A stretch of DNA of 24,430 nt, taken from Gemmatimonadota bacterium. Its GTDB lineage: Bacteria; Gemmatimonadota; Gemmatimonadetes; Palauibacterales; Palauibacteraceae. The DNA lies in contig JBHIAV010000044.1 of NCBI GenBank assembly GCA_046758745.1, forward strand, positions 1 through 24,430, read 5' to 3'. Made by a program: the position numbers and the translations under genes. Below, piece after piece: positions 1 to 8,345 of the stretch (positions are counted from its first letter, which is position 1; every line of letters begins with the position of its first letter). The notes below the pieces were generated by a model, which worked only from the letters and a program-made list of their open reading frames with translations, made no database searches and was not told the DNA's origin.

Positions 1-96
1 CTTCCACCTGGCCTCGGCTCTCATCGTCCTGAGAAGGTTATGAAACCGCTTCTAGACTTGCCGTCCCGGACGTTGCCCTCAGCATTGACCACTTCC

Positions 97-115
97 GGAG
101 ACCGATTCGGTCTCC
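97..115. repeat. Perfect 19-bp palindrome GGAGACCGA-T-TCGGTCTCC
   Basis: 9-bp arms with a 1-nt spacer, read directly. It overlaps a possible degenerate IS3-type terminal repeat at 110-135. Confidence 0.6.
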
Positions 116-315
116 ACGAATGCCAAGGGGGGACACTGGCGCTCCGCTTGGGCGCTCGACCGTGAGCCCGTCTCAAGCATAGCGGCGGCCAGTGCGACAG
201 GCACTGCGAGGCCTCCCCGTTTCTCCACTTGAGGATGAGTGTCTCGCTCGATGGCGGGCACATGCGATGATCCCATCTCGCCCGGTCAACTGGCCCTCGC
301 CAGCCCACAGGGTCG

Positions 316-581
316 CTACCCTTTTCGCAGCGCCTCCTGCAGTATCGTCCTGTTCGGATTCAGATCGGTGACAAACCGTTTCGCGCTGCGGTCCTCCTCT
401 CCGACCTAGCGCAGATCCCGCGGCTCACTCATGCTACGACTGCCGTACTGGTTCTCCCATTCGACAAAACGATGCCTCCGCTACGCCGGAGCGTTCGGCA
501 GATCTCCTCGACTGGGGTACCATGCGCGGCTTCCCGCGGGGTCGACGCAGTCCGTTCTTTCCTGAGGTCGCTCTTCCGCGT
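316..581 (-). mobile_element. Degenerate IS3-family (IS407-group-like) transposase OrfA pseudogene
   Basis: Manual translation across two +1 frameshifts and one in-frame TAG gives 88 codons: (ACG)TRKSDLRKERTASTPREAAHGTPVEEICRTL/GVAEASFCR/WENQYGSRSMSEPRDLR*VGEEDRSAKRFVTDLNPNRTILQEALRKG*. This follows the IS3 OrfA pattern MRKSRF..EQI...LREAEAGTPVEEICRKLGVSEATFYRWKKQYG...SE.R.LRQLEEEN..LKRLVADL.LD..ILQEALRKKW (HTH plus leucine zipper). It ends in CGAAAAGGGTAG, an eroded A-run where the orfA/orfB slippery site is expected. Confidence 0.85.
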
Positions 582-801
582 CGGTCCACCTTCCAGCCAC
601 GTTCAGCCGGCCCCTGGAAAATCCAAATCCCCATTCAAAACCAGAGGCACCTTCCACGTGGATCCGGAGAGAACATCAAGTCCTCCCGATCTGCCCGACA
701 GCCTGTCGCAGCAACCTCAAGCTATGCCGTGGGAGTTGCACCCGGGACCCCTCCCGAGCTTACCTCTAGCCAAGGCCCATCCTTCCAGAATCCTCACGAC
801 A

Positions 802-2115
802 TCAGCGGGTCCAAGCCAGCGAACGGTCTTCCCTCTTCCCGTTTCGGGTGCCCCGGCACCCCTTCGATATCTCCACCTTGGCCCTGCGCTGTTCCTTCTC
901 CTGCAGCGCCGCTGTAATCGCGGCCCGCATCTTCCTGGAACATACCTCTCTCGAGTACTGAGTCGTTGCGGTCTCGCGGGCAGCGTAGGCCATCTTTCTG
1001 CATACCTGAGCTGAGTATCCCGAGAGAACACCGACGCTTTCGGCGATCTCTTCAACCGTGCATTTCCTGAGGAGCACACCACTCCCGCCGACATCTACCC
1101 CGCATGCTTCGCTCACAACCGGAATCAATCCCTGATTCATGCATTCCAGAACCGACGTAGCGACTCCCTCGGCACATGATGGGAGGATCGTCCAGTTGCA
1201 CCGCTCCATGAGATCATAGAAGCGTCCAGACCTCGGCTGGATCCATTCAACAACATGAATGTTACGCCTCCGGAGCAGCGCGTCTCTGTAAACCTTTGCA
1301 AATGTGCGCTCAATTCGAGTGCAGATCCACAGTTCCTCTTTTTCGAGCATGACAAAAGCATCCAAAAGCAGGTCCAGTCCCTTGTGTACATTCCCGGGCC
1401 CGGCGAAAAACAGGAAGTGCCTTCTGCCCGCAAGAAAATCCTTCCTCTGAATATCCACCGTGCTGTCGGGCAGCACCGCACCGGGTATTGTGTAGACCGA
1501 TGGGAACTGGGCGAACGTTCTCCTAGTGTATCCATTTCCCACGCCCATCAAGGAGTCATGTTCCATTAGCGCGCCGTCCTCGCTCTGCGTTACAAGGCGA
1601 TCCGGGGGAAGCACTGCCCCGTGCCGCTGCCGCAAGGCCTCTAACCGACCTAGTTCCCTTCGATTGTGAAACCGCCAGTGGCAACCAGTAAAGAAGTATA
1701 TCTTCGTCGCTTCTGGCCCAAGACTCCTCGCGATGCTCTCAAAGTTGTAACCCCCATGACCGATGAACACGTCATAACTTTTCTGCGGACAGAATCTCGT
1801 ATCGCGGTAATCCACCACATCCACAACATATCGCAGCGAGTTGAGTATCCGTGCCATCTCCCGGGTGGTCCACAAGCCCATATGTGAGATCATACGCACG
1901 TCGTGCGGCTTGATCCTGAGGCCGATCGGCAGATAGGAGATCAGCGCACGCTTGCATGCAACCGACCCACGACGTAGGCCGATATCGTGGACCGGCCTCC
2001 TGCGCCCGGGGAGAAATCCCTCGATAGCAGAACGCAGCTGCCGCATCCACTGCCGCTGACGAAGACTCAATCTCGGCAGTATAGAGTCATGGAATACCCC
2101 TAAGAGCCCTTTCAT
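802..2115 (-). CDS. Glycosyltransferase, GT-B fold, family 4-like
   Basis: C-terminal GT4 motifs FLFFAG..NVHKGLDLLLDAF and ILPSCAEGVATSVLECMNQGLIPVVS (EX7E). ATG 2115 overlaps the sulfotransferase stop (ATGA); the ORF track starts at 2124. Confidence 0.85.
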   Translation of the reverse strand: MKGLLGVFHDSILPRLSLRQRQWMRQLRSAIEGFLPGRRRPVHDIGLRRGSVACKRALISYLPIGLRIKPHDVRMISHMGLWTTREMARILNSLRYVVDVVDYRDTRFCPQKSYDVFIGHGGYNFESIARSLGPEATKIYFFTGCHWRFHNRRELGRLEALRQRHGAVLPPDRLVTQSEDGALMEHDSLMGVGNGYTRRTFAQFPSVYTIPGAVLPDSTVDIQRKDFLAGRRHFLFFAGPGNVHKGLDLLLDAFVMLEKEELWICTRIERTFAKVYRDALLRRRNIHVVEWIQPRSGRFYDLMERCNWTILPSCAEGVATSVLECMNQGLIPVVSEACGVDVGGSGVLLRKCTVEEIAESVGVLSGYSAQVCRKMAYAARETATTQYSREVCSRKMRAAITAALQEKEQRRAKVEISKGCRGTRNGKREDRSLAWTR

Positions 2116-3059
2116 GCGCTGCACGGTCCCCCATGACGCGGTTCACGGCCCGCTTCGGTTCCCAACCACCGCGAGAGATCCCTCCCTATGAGAGACGCAA
2201 GGCTGACTATGTCGCGACGAAACAGCTCTAGGAGAAAAGTCCGCACGTCATCCATGATCTCAGGCTTCTTGGACTGATCGTAATTTATTCTTTCCAGCAC
2301 GTCCTGAATCGCGCCCCTTCCCTTCCGCCAGAGAAAGGTGCGGACTAAACGCTTCAGGGGGGTTCTGTTCCTAAGGAGGCGGTGCAGTAAGACGCTCCTG
2401 GCCATCCCTGTCCTGTTATACACGATATCAACCCGCGGAACGAAGGACTGGTCCACGCCCAGGAACCCGTAAATGTCTCTTACGACCGCCGCTGCATTCG
2501 CAGCCAGATCGTCAAAAAGGTAGATTCTCACGCTGCTTCGGCCGAACACGTCCACGTACTTCCTCACCTGCTCATAGTAAAGCCCCTGCTTGACGTACTG
2601 GTAGTGCCATCGCCAGTTCAGTCTCTCGCGCTCAGCCTCTTTCCACAATGCCTCTCGAAATCCCAGATGTTCATGCCCGATCATGCACCCTTGCAAGTAA
2701 TGGGAATATGCGCGCGACACTGGGTCTCTTAGTAAGATGATGATCCTGCAGCCTGGGATACGCTCTTTGATCACCCCGGCCGTGTCCTGGAAATAGAGAT
2801 ATGAGTTCGAGCACTCGCCCATAGCCCTTTCCCCCTTAACACCACCGAACAAGGCCCGATACTCCCTTTCATCCCTGATGATTTCCTGCTTTAGTTGCAA
2901 ATCATAAGGCCCCCTGAAGTCGGCGGCCCTGTTCACGAACGCAAAGAAGTGAGGCTCCTTCACGGGGCTCATGTAAATGTCCGGGTGCGCCTTAAGATAG
3001 TGGTAAAGGGACGTTGTCCCAGCTCTCGCAGCACCCACTACCAGAAATGTTGGCAGCAT
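2112..3059 (-). CDS. PAPS-dependent sulfotransferase (Sulfotransfer_1/3 family)
   Basis: 5'-PSB loop FLVVGAARAGTTSLYHYL..HPDI, KEPHFF, and 3'-PB motif LLRDPVSRAYSHY. Start is ATG 3059 (GGAGAG upstream) or 3086. Confidence 0.92.
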   Translation of the reverse strand: MLPTFLVVGAARAGTTSLYHYLKAHPDIYMSPVKEPHFFAFVNRAADFRGPYDLQLKQEIIRDEREYRALFGGVKGERAMGECSNSYLYFQDTAGVIKERIPGCRIIILLRDPVSRAYSHYLQGCMIGHEHLGFREALWKEAERERLNWRWHYQYVKQGLYYEQVRKYVDVFGRSSVRIYLFDDLAANAAAVVRDIYGFLGVDQSFVPRVDIVYNRTGMARSVLLHRLLRNRTPLKRLVRTFLWRKGRGAIQDVLERINYDQSKKPEIMDDVRTFLLELFRRDIVSLASLIGRDLSRWLGTEAGREPRHGGPCSA

Positions 3060-3063
3060 CGAC

Positions 3064-4464
3064 TTAGGTCTCTCCCCTGCCCCCATTCGAGAAAAACGGA
3101 ACGAACACTAGCCAGAACCCGAAGATCCGCCGTATGACGATCGATGACGCGACGTTCAGTAAGACTACGCTTATTGCAGTACCAAGGGCCGCGCCAGCAA
3201 TTCCATAGTGCGGTATCAGCGCCAGGTTTAGGATGACGTTTAGAACTGCAGCGCAACAGACGATATTTCGGAACGCGCTCTGGTGGCCCGTCATATTCAG
3301 AAGTGGGCCGGTCGAGCCCGCGATAGCATTCACACACTGAGCCGCTGCGAGGACCATGAGTGCATTGCTACCGAGCACGAACTCTGCTCCGAAGACTCTC
3401 ATCACGGGACTTGAGAAGACAATCAGCCCAGCACCGATCGGGACGGATGAAAAGAACAGAAGCTTTGCTGAAAACTGAGCAAGTGCCCGCATCCTTTCCT
3501 TCTGCCCCGCCCAGAACAACTCCGCGAATTTGGGCGTGGTGATACTATTTGCCGCACCGAGATTGAAGCTGCTCAGCAAGGCCAACCTCGATGCGATGCG
3601 GTAAATCCCCACCCCTCGGTCGTCCACGTACACGCCCAGCATTAGGATGTCGGTCCAGTCCATAATGTAGAACATCGCTGACGTCAGGAACATCGGTATG
3701 GCTACACGCACGAACTCGCCTAGCGCGTGGCGCTGCAAGTCCAGCCGAGGCCTTAGCGAGGCCTCAACAGGTGACGAAGGCATCTCCTCCCTCCGCCACA
3801 TCACCCAACTCACCACCGCGCCCGCCGCCAAGCTCAGCGCGTTAGCGTAGACAGGAACCGTATAATTGTCCGCCACCGTGTAGGTGAGAATGACGAGGAA
3901 AAGCCCAGCGACGGCGGGGGGAAATACCGTCCGAAGAATCATTGCGTCACGAATGCGCTTCAAGCCCTGCAAGGTCCCCGTGTTCAGTCCCATGACCGCC
4001 GCGAAGGGGACCGACGACGCGCTGATCCGTAACGCAGCAGTGAGCTGTGGCTTTCCAAAAACCTCCCTGGCGAGATATGGGCTCATCATAAACAACAGCA
4101 CCGCTCCCATGCCCGAAACGACAGAGATCAACGCAGCCGCCTTCGAGTGAAGGCTGACGATACCAGCCCAACTCTCGCGAATCCGGCCCGCCGCTACAAA
4201 GCGGAGAATCGCCGTGTCTGCGCCCAACAGACCGAGCAGAGAAAATACTCCGCTCACAGTCACTGCAAGAGAGAATAGCCCAAGTGCAGATGCACCATAC
4301 ATTCTTGCAACCGCGAGATTGAATAGGTATGAGCACCCAATTCCCGACAGCATTAGAATGAGTGTCGTGGACGAGCCCCTCAACAACTCCGGTATGTCTG
4401 GGCCCCGGAAGGCCTTCCGGAATGTCCTTCCAAATACAGGCACAAGAGGCGTGTTCGTACCCAT
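3064..4464 (-). CDS. wzx: Wzx-type oligosaccharide flippase (PST/MOP family)
   Basis: About 12-14 hydrophobic segments. Motifs ARMYGASALGLFSLA, GADTAILRFVA, DILMLG...VGIYRIASRLA, LNVILNLALIPHYGIAGAALGT. The ORF is open to 4710 but its first ~80 aa look non-coding, so the start at 4464 is an estimate. Confidence 0.9.
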   Translation of the reverse strand: MGTNTPLVPVFGRTFRKAFRGPDIPELLRGSSTTLILMLSGIGCSYLFNLAVARMYGASALGLFSLAVTVSGVFSLLGLLGADTAILRFVAAGRIRESWAGIVSLHSKAAALISVVSGMGAVLLFMMSPYLAREVFGKPQLTAALRISASSVPFAAVMGLNTGTLQGLKRIRDAMILRTVFPPAVAGLFLVILTYTVADNYTVPVYANALSLAAGAVVSWVMWRREEMPSSPVEASLRPRLDLQRHALGEFVRVAIPMFLTSAMFYIMDWTDILMLGVYVDDRGVGIYRIASRLALLSSFNLGAANSITTPKFAELFWAGQKERMRALAQFSAKLLFFSSVPIGAGLIVFSSPVMRVFGAEFVLGSNALMVLAAAQCVNAIAGSTGPLLNMTGHQSAFRNIVCCAAVLNVILNLALIPHYGIAGAALGTAISVVLLNVASSIVIRRIFGFWLVFVPFFSNGGRGET

Positions 4465-4471
4465 TCGCTTA

Positions 4472-4714
4472 TCAATTCCTCGTACGAATCCGGGCATGGT
4501 ATATATCACCATGCAAGGCTGGATCAAATGAAGCCTCCGTGTGGAGCACAGGGGAGAACCTCTCGTAAATGGGCTCATGGAAATAGAAGCGCTCGTGCGC
4601 ACTGACCTGCGAGAATCTTGGAGCGCGTAGCCTTGCGCTCGGTACCTGCCGCTGGACATTATCGTATCCTGGAGCTCTACCATTCGCTGCTGGGCGTGTG
4701 CCTCGCACACTCAT
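4472..4714 (-). CDS. Possible 80-aa small protein or gene remnant
   Basis: Fills the gap between the wzy-like stop (4739) and the wzx start (4464). GGAG lies 5 nt before the ATG. No family recognised. Confidence 0.3.
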   Translation of the reverse strand: MSVRGTRPAANGRAPGYDNVQRQVPSARLRAPRFSQVSAHERFYFHEPIYERFSPVLHTEASFDPALHGDIYHARIRTRN

Positions 4715-4738
4715 CTCCGCTCCAAGTTCATTCCATAG

Positions 4739-6172
4739 TTACCGCGGCTTACCAATACTGTGCCTCCCTTCCGCCTTGTTCTTTCCATGGGCTAGCACGG
4801 CAGCACCTATTCCAACGTATACCCACGTTATCCACTCGAGTACGTACGCCACATAGTACGCGTGCGCCGATCCTAGAATGATGAACGCCGCCCCGGCGAT
4901 GACGCGATCTGTAGTCTGCTTGCCTCCATCTCCTGTTCGGTGACGCAAGAGACTACGCGCCAGACGTCCCGCAAACAGAAGGTAGAGAAGGAGGCCAAGA
5001 ACGCCAGCATGGAACAGGATCGTCACGTAGAGATTATGTGGAGATGAGTACACAAGGGTGCGGTCTGGCCCAGCCAATCCGAAGTGCCTCCCCAATCCTA
5101 CGCCAAGGAGAGGCTCACTGCTCACCGCTTGGATGGCTTCCTGCCAGAGGTAGTAGCGCCAGCTGCCCGTTGCATCCTGCTGGGGATTGACGAAGACCGC
5201 TGCCCGGCTCAGCAGAAACTCCGCTGGTTCGTACCCCACGTGCCTGAGCGCTACAGCAGCAAGGGGATAGCCCAGCGTCAGTGCCAGAAGCAGACCGGCG
5301 GCAGGCCGGATCTTGAGCGTCCGCGTGACTGCCATCAAGAGCACGGCGACGCCGCAGGCCAGCCAGACCGACCGGTGAGCTGTAAACAGCAGCAGGGAGC
5401 CAGCCACCATGCAATAACCTAGGAAGATTAACCGCCCGTTTTGGCCGTGCCCACTGTCCATCGCTACCTTGAAACCGATCATGCCGCAGAGCAACGCGAG
5501 CGCCCCACTTGCGTTCAGGACGCGAACGTTGAGTTGTATGTCCATCCCGAGCATCCCCCGCACTGGAGCAACGGTAAGGAAGGAAAGGGACAGAATGAGC
5601 GCTGTTCTGAAGGCCCGCCACCGGCTTTGACGTGTCCGGAGCATGACAATGCAATATGGGACAAGCAGAAGAGGTGCATAGTACGTCCTGGCTTCGCCGA
5701 CGGCGTTGATCCCAAAGGATCCAATATTGCGAAGGGTTTGAAGAGTCACGATAGACAGGAAAGCCATCAGAGCGAGATTCTGGCCGGCGTTGAGATGTCT
5801 GGTAATGTGTCCGCCGGGGAAGAGGTGCAAGCAAACAGCCGCCAGAAGGCCGAAGACGAGGGGATCGTGGAGGTGGACGTTGAAGCTCCCAAGGTCCACC
5901 ATGAGCGGGAGCCCCAGGACCGTGGGCAGCAGCTCACCCGCCATCTGCGTGGATAGTATGACAAGAGCGAGTGTTATGCATGGGTAGACAAGCGATATGA
6001 CCATCGCGAGTGCGAGGACGCTAAGTATGTATAAGAGCACCGAGAGCTTCTGGTCGGCCAGGACCGTCCCGACAAGGACGCATACCATCACAACTATAAC
6101 CCTAGGGATCAGCCAGCGAACCCTTCCTTCTCGGAGGGCGATCGGCACCCTAGCTACACGCGCCCTAATCAT
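4739..6172 (-). CDS. O-antigen ligase/Wzy polymerase family membrane protein (Wzy_C); likely repeat-unit polymerase
   Basis: About 12 TM segments. Motifs LLFTAHRSVWLA, WRYYLWQEAI....PLLGVGLG and SPHNLYVTILFHAGVLGL. Start overlaps the GT9 stop. Confidence 0.85.
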   Translation of the reverse strand: MIRARVARVPIALREGRVRWLIPRVIVVMVCVLVGTVLADQKLSVLLYILSVLALAMVISLVYPCITLALVILSTQMAGELLPTVLGLPLMVDLGSFNVHLHDPLVFGLLAAVCLHLFPGGHITRHLNAGQNLALMAFLSIVTLQTLRNIGSFGINAVGEARTYYAPLLLVPYCIVMLRTRQSRWRAFRTALILSLSFLTVAPVRGMLGMDIQLNVRVLNASGALALLCGMIGFKVAMDSGHGQNGRLIFLGYCMVAGSLLLFTAHRSVWLACGVAVLLMAVTRTLKIRPAAGLLLALTLGYPLAAVALRHVGYEPAEFLLSRAAVFVNPQQDATGSWRYYLWQEAIQAVSSEPLLGVGLGRHFGLAGPDRTLVYSSPHNLYVTILFHAGVLGLLLYLLFAGRLARSLLRHRTGDGGKQTTDRVIAGAAFIILGSAHAYYVAYVLEWITWVYVGIGAAVLAHGKNKAEGRHSIGKPR

Positions 6173-7604
6173 TGCGCACCCTCAGGCTCCCCTGCATGGG
6201 ACGATGGATCGTAGAAGGTTCAGATTCTTGCACGTGGCCCACCCGATCTGTCTTGCGCCCCGAGATGGTATCTCCAGCTGGATCCAGCAGGATGGGCGCC
6301 ACGGCCCGTTGCACATCCTCCACCCTTACTCCGAGAATGCAGTGCGGCATTCTTGATGTGCATTCGCCACTACAGGGTGAGCGAAAGCCCGCGGGACGCA
6401 AGACCGTGGCTCGGTCGACCCAAGGACGGAAACGTTCCGGTGCGTTTCCACTAAGTGGGCATCCACCGTCTGGATGGCAGGAGACCGTCACGACTGGTAG
6501 CCCCATGGCTGCCGCAAGATGGACGGGGCCAGAATCCGATCCGATGTAGAGGACACACCTCCCCAACATTGCAGCTGCCTGGCCAAGAGTTGTCTTCCCA
6601 ACGGCGTCAGCAACGAGACCTGTCAGGCCTGAGGAAAGCTTGTCCGCCACTCTTAGGTCGGAGTACCCGCCGAGCAGGAGAATCCGGCAGCTGAACTCCC
6701 CGACGATCCATTCTAGGAGCTCCCTGTACCGAGCAACAGGCCAGCGGCGTTTCGGCGCTTGCGCTCCCGGCGCTACCGCAACGACCGCCCTCCCGTGCAA
6801 CTCCGTATTCTCGAAGAAATCGCGTGCGTACTGCTTGTCCCTTGGTTTCAGCCACAGTTCTAAGTGCTCGCCCGCAGAAGGAGCTCCTAATCGTCGGGCC
6901 AATTCCGTCCCGCGCACGATCTCGTGCATCACGGCGCAGTCGTGTATAGTATGGGTCAGCAGGCTGTCATATCCTGCGTTCCAGAGTTGCTTTTCGGGGC
7001 AAACCGTCTCCGAATAGCCGACGCGCCACCGGGCTCCGGTGAAGTATGCAAGATATGTTGCATGCAAGTGATCCACGTCCCACCGGGGGATAACGACGAG
7101 GTCCGGACCCGGATCTTGACGGAGGCGAAAACCCATACGCATGGTCTGGAGGTATCTCGCCCAAGGTCCGAACGCCGGGGCGCTCGACACAGGCAGAATG
7201 TGCAGTCGGTTGATGTAGGGACAAGTCTCCAGCAACTCGGCTGCCGCCGGCCGCACAACGACGTCAATCCGCACGTGAGGATTCCCCAAACGAAGGGCCC
7301 GCACGAATGGGATCATCAAGACCACATCACCGATATTGTCGAGTTTGACCACAAGGATCCTCCTGGCATTCGCCAGCCGTGGCCAATCGTTCCCATCGTC
7401 TCCTCTCGTACGTCCCCACTGAAGTGACCCCAGCAGGCGAGTGGCCGCTGGACTTATTGGAGATAGCAAAACTCGCCGGGCTCGGGCCTTGATTTGTGTA
7501 CTAGTGATCATCAGAATCAGCGCGTCGCTTCCCGATCTCCCTGTTGTCGCCCTTTCTTGGAGAGCGAGCCAAGCCTCTCGAACAACCTCATCTCCACAGG
7601 TCAC
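6165..7604 (-). CDS. Glycosyltransferase family 9 (WaaF/WaaC/WaaQ heptosyltransferase-like)
   Basis: RILVVKLDNIGDVVL, APGAQAPKRRWP, GKTTLGQAAAML and YIGSDSGPVHLAAAMGLPVV. Start is GTG 7604 (GTGA overlap) or ATG 7511. Confidence 0.9.
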   Translation of the reverse strand: MTCGDEVVREAWLALQERATTGRSGSDALILMITSTQIKARARRVLLSPISPAATRLLGSLQWGRTRGDDGNDWPRLANARRILVVKLDNIGDVVLMIPFVRALRLGNPHVRIDVVVRPAAAELLETCPYINRLHILPVSSAPAFGPWARYLQTMRMGFRLRQDPGPDLVVIPRWDVDHLHATYLAYFTGARWRVGYSETVCPEKQLWNAGYDSLLTHTIHDCAVMHEIVRGTELARRLGAPSAGEHLELWLKPRDKQYARDFFENTELHGRAVVAVAPGAQAPKRRWPVARYRELLEWIVGEFSCRILLLGGYSDLRVADKLSSGLTGLVADAVGKTTLGQAAAMLGRCVLYIGSDSGPVHLAAAMGLPVVTVSCHPDGGCPLSGNAPERFRPWVDRATVLRPAGFRSPCSGECTSRMPHCILGVRVEDVQRAVAPILLDPAGDTISGRKTDRVGHVQESEPSTIHRPMQGSLRVRND

Positions 7605-8345
7605 CCAGATAGCATGCGCAACGACTCTTTTTGATTTGAGCTTCCGCTGTTCGTCGACATGCGGTCAGCTACTGAGTTCCGCAGAAGTAATGAAAACTGA
7701 CGGCATGGCTGGATGCCCGAGGGAAGCCGGCACGAATCGGGCTCTTTGCGGGATCCCGGACGCGTGATGCGATTTCGATTTTTGCTGCGAAGGTCAGTAG
7801 CGGCCAGGAACCTTCCAGCGTGCGCAACAATCGAGGAACTCATCGGATCGGGATCAGGCGCTGTATCCATCACAGGGGCTGCGTCTCCAAAACAGCCCGG
7901 GCTTCTGACGTGGTCAACCGCTTGACCCAACAACGGATCGCCTTGAGAAGTCCGAGGTTGAAATGCACTGCCGAGGAACTGCGCCATTGGCGTAATGCAG
8001 CTGCCTGGAAGCGAATGGCTGCGCGAAGCTGCCTTTCGATCCGTCGTAGGGCGTTGTTCTTGTTGTAGGCGGCTGCGCAAGACACGCGCCAGAGGAGGAC
8101 GCTCTGCTCCATCGTCGTCGCGGCCCTGCACGCCCACCAAGCGGCCAGAGGAGGCATGAGTTCTCGAAGATCAACGCCGGCAGCTGGCGCCGAAAGTTCA
8201 ACGGCCCGAGATAGCGCCACTGGGCGGGGCCCCGAGACGCACCGTCCGCTACGCAAACGATGAGGCCGGCCAGCGAGAGGGTGAGAAAGGGGATATTGAA
8301 CGACAGACCACGGGACAACGCAGCGGCTCTCCGGCCCCCCGTCAA
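7601..8345 (-). pseudogene. Frameshifted stand-alone paralog of the C-terminal domain of the ligase-family protein at 9790-11889
   Basis: Three frames join up. 8040-7930 (IERQLRAAIRFQAAALRQWRSSSAVHFNLGLLKAIRC) aligns ungapped to 10167-10057 (VESRLLEAIALQAAGLRAAPTSPGGHLGLGRLGIGRC) at 16/37 identity. 7897-7799 (GCFGDAAPVMDTAPDPDPMSSSIVAHAGRFLAA) aligns to GCTRGALAELRLALELAPMSATMHARAAELLVA at 11/33. The spacer is 32 nt versus 33 nt. TTG 8345 overlaps the upstream stop (TTGA) and TGA 7601 overlaps the GT9 GTG. Confidence 0.75.

Noticed and set aside
725-760. Minus-strand GGTCCCGGGTGCAACTCCC resembling a tRNA T-arm or att site
   Set aside because: The loop lacks TTC, and no acceptor, D or anticodon stems or CCA can be built.
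472-1014. 180-aa and 131-aa plus-strand ORFs near the left end
   Set aside because: Pro/Ser-rich with no domain, and antisense to the GT4 end and the IS remnant.
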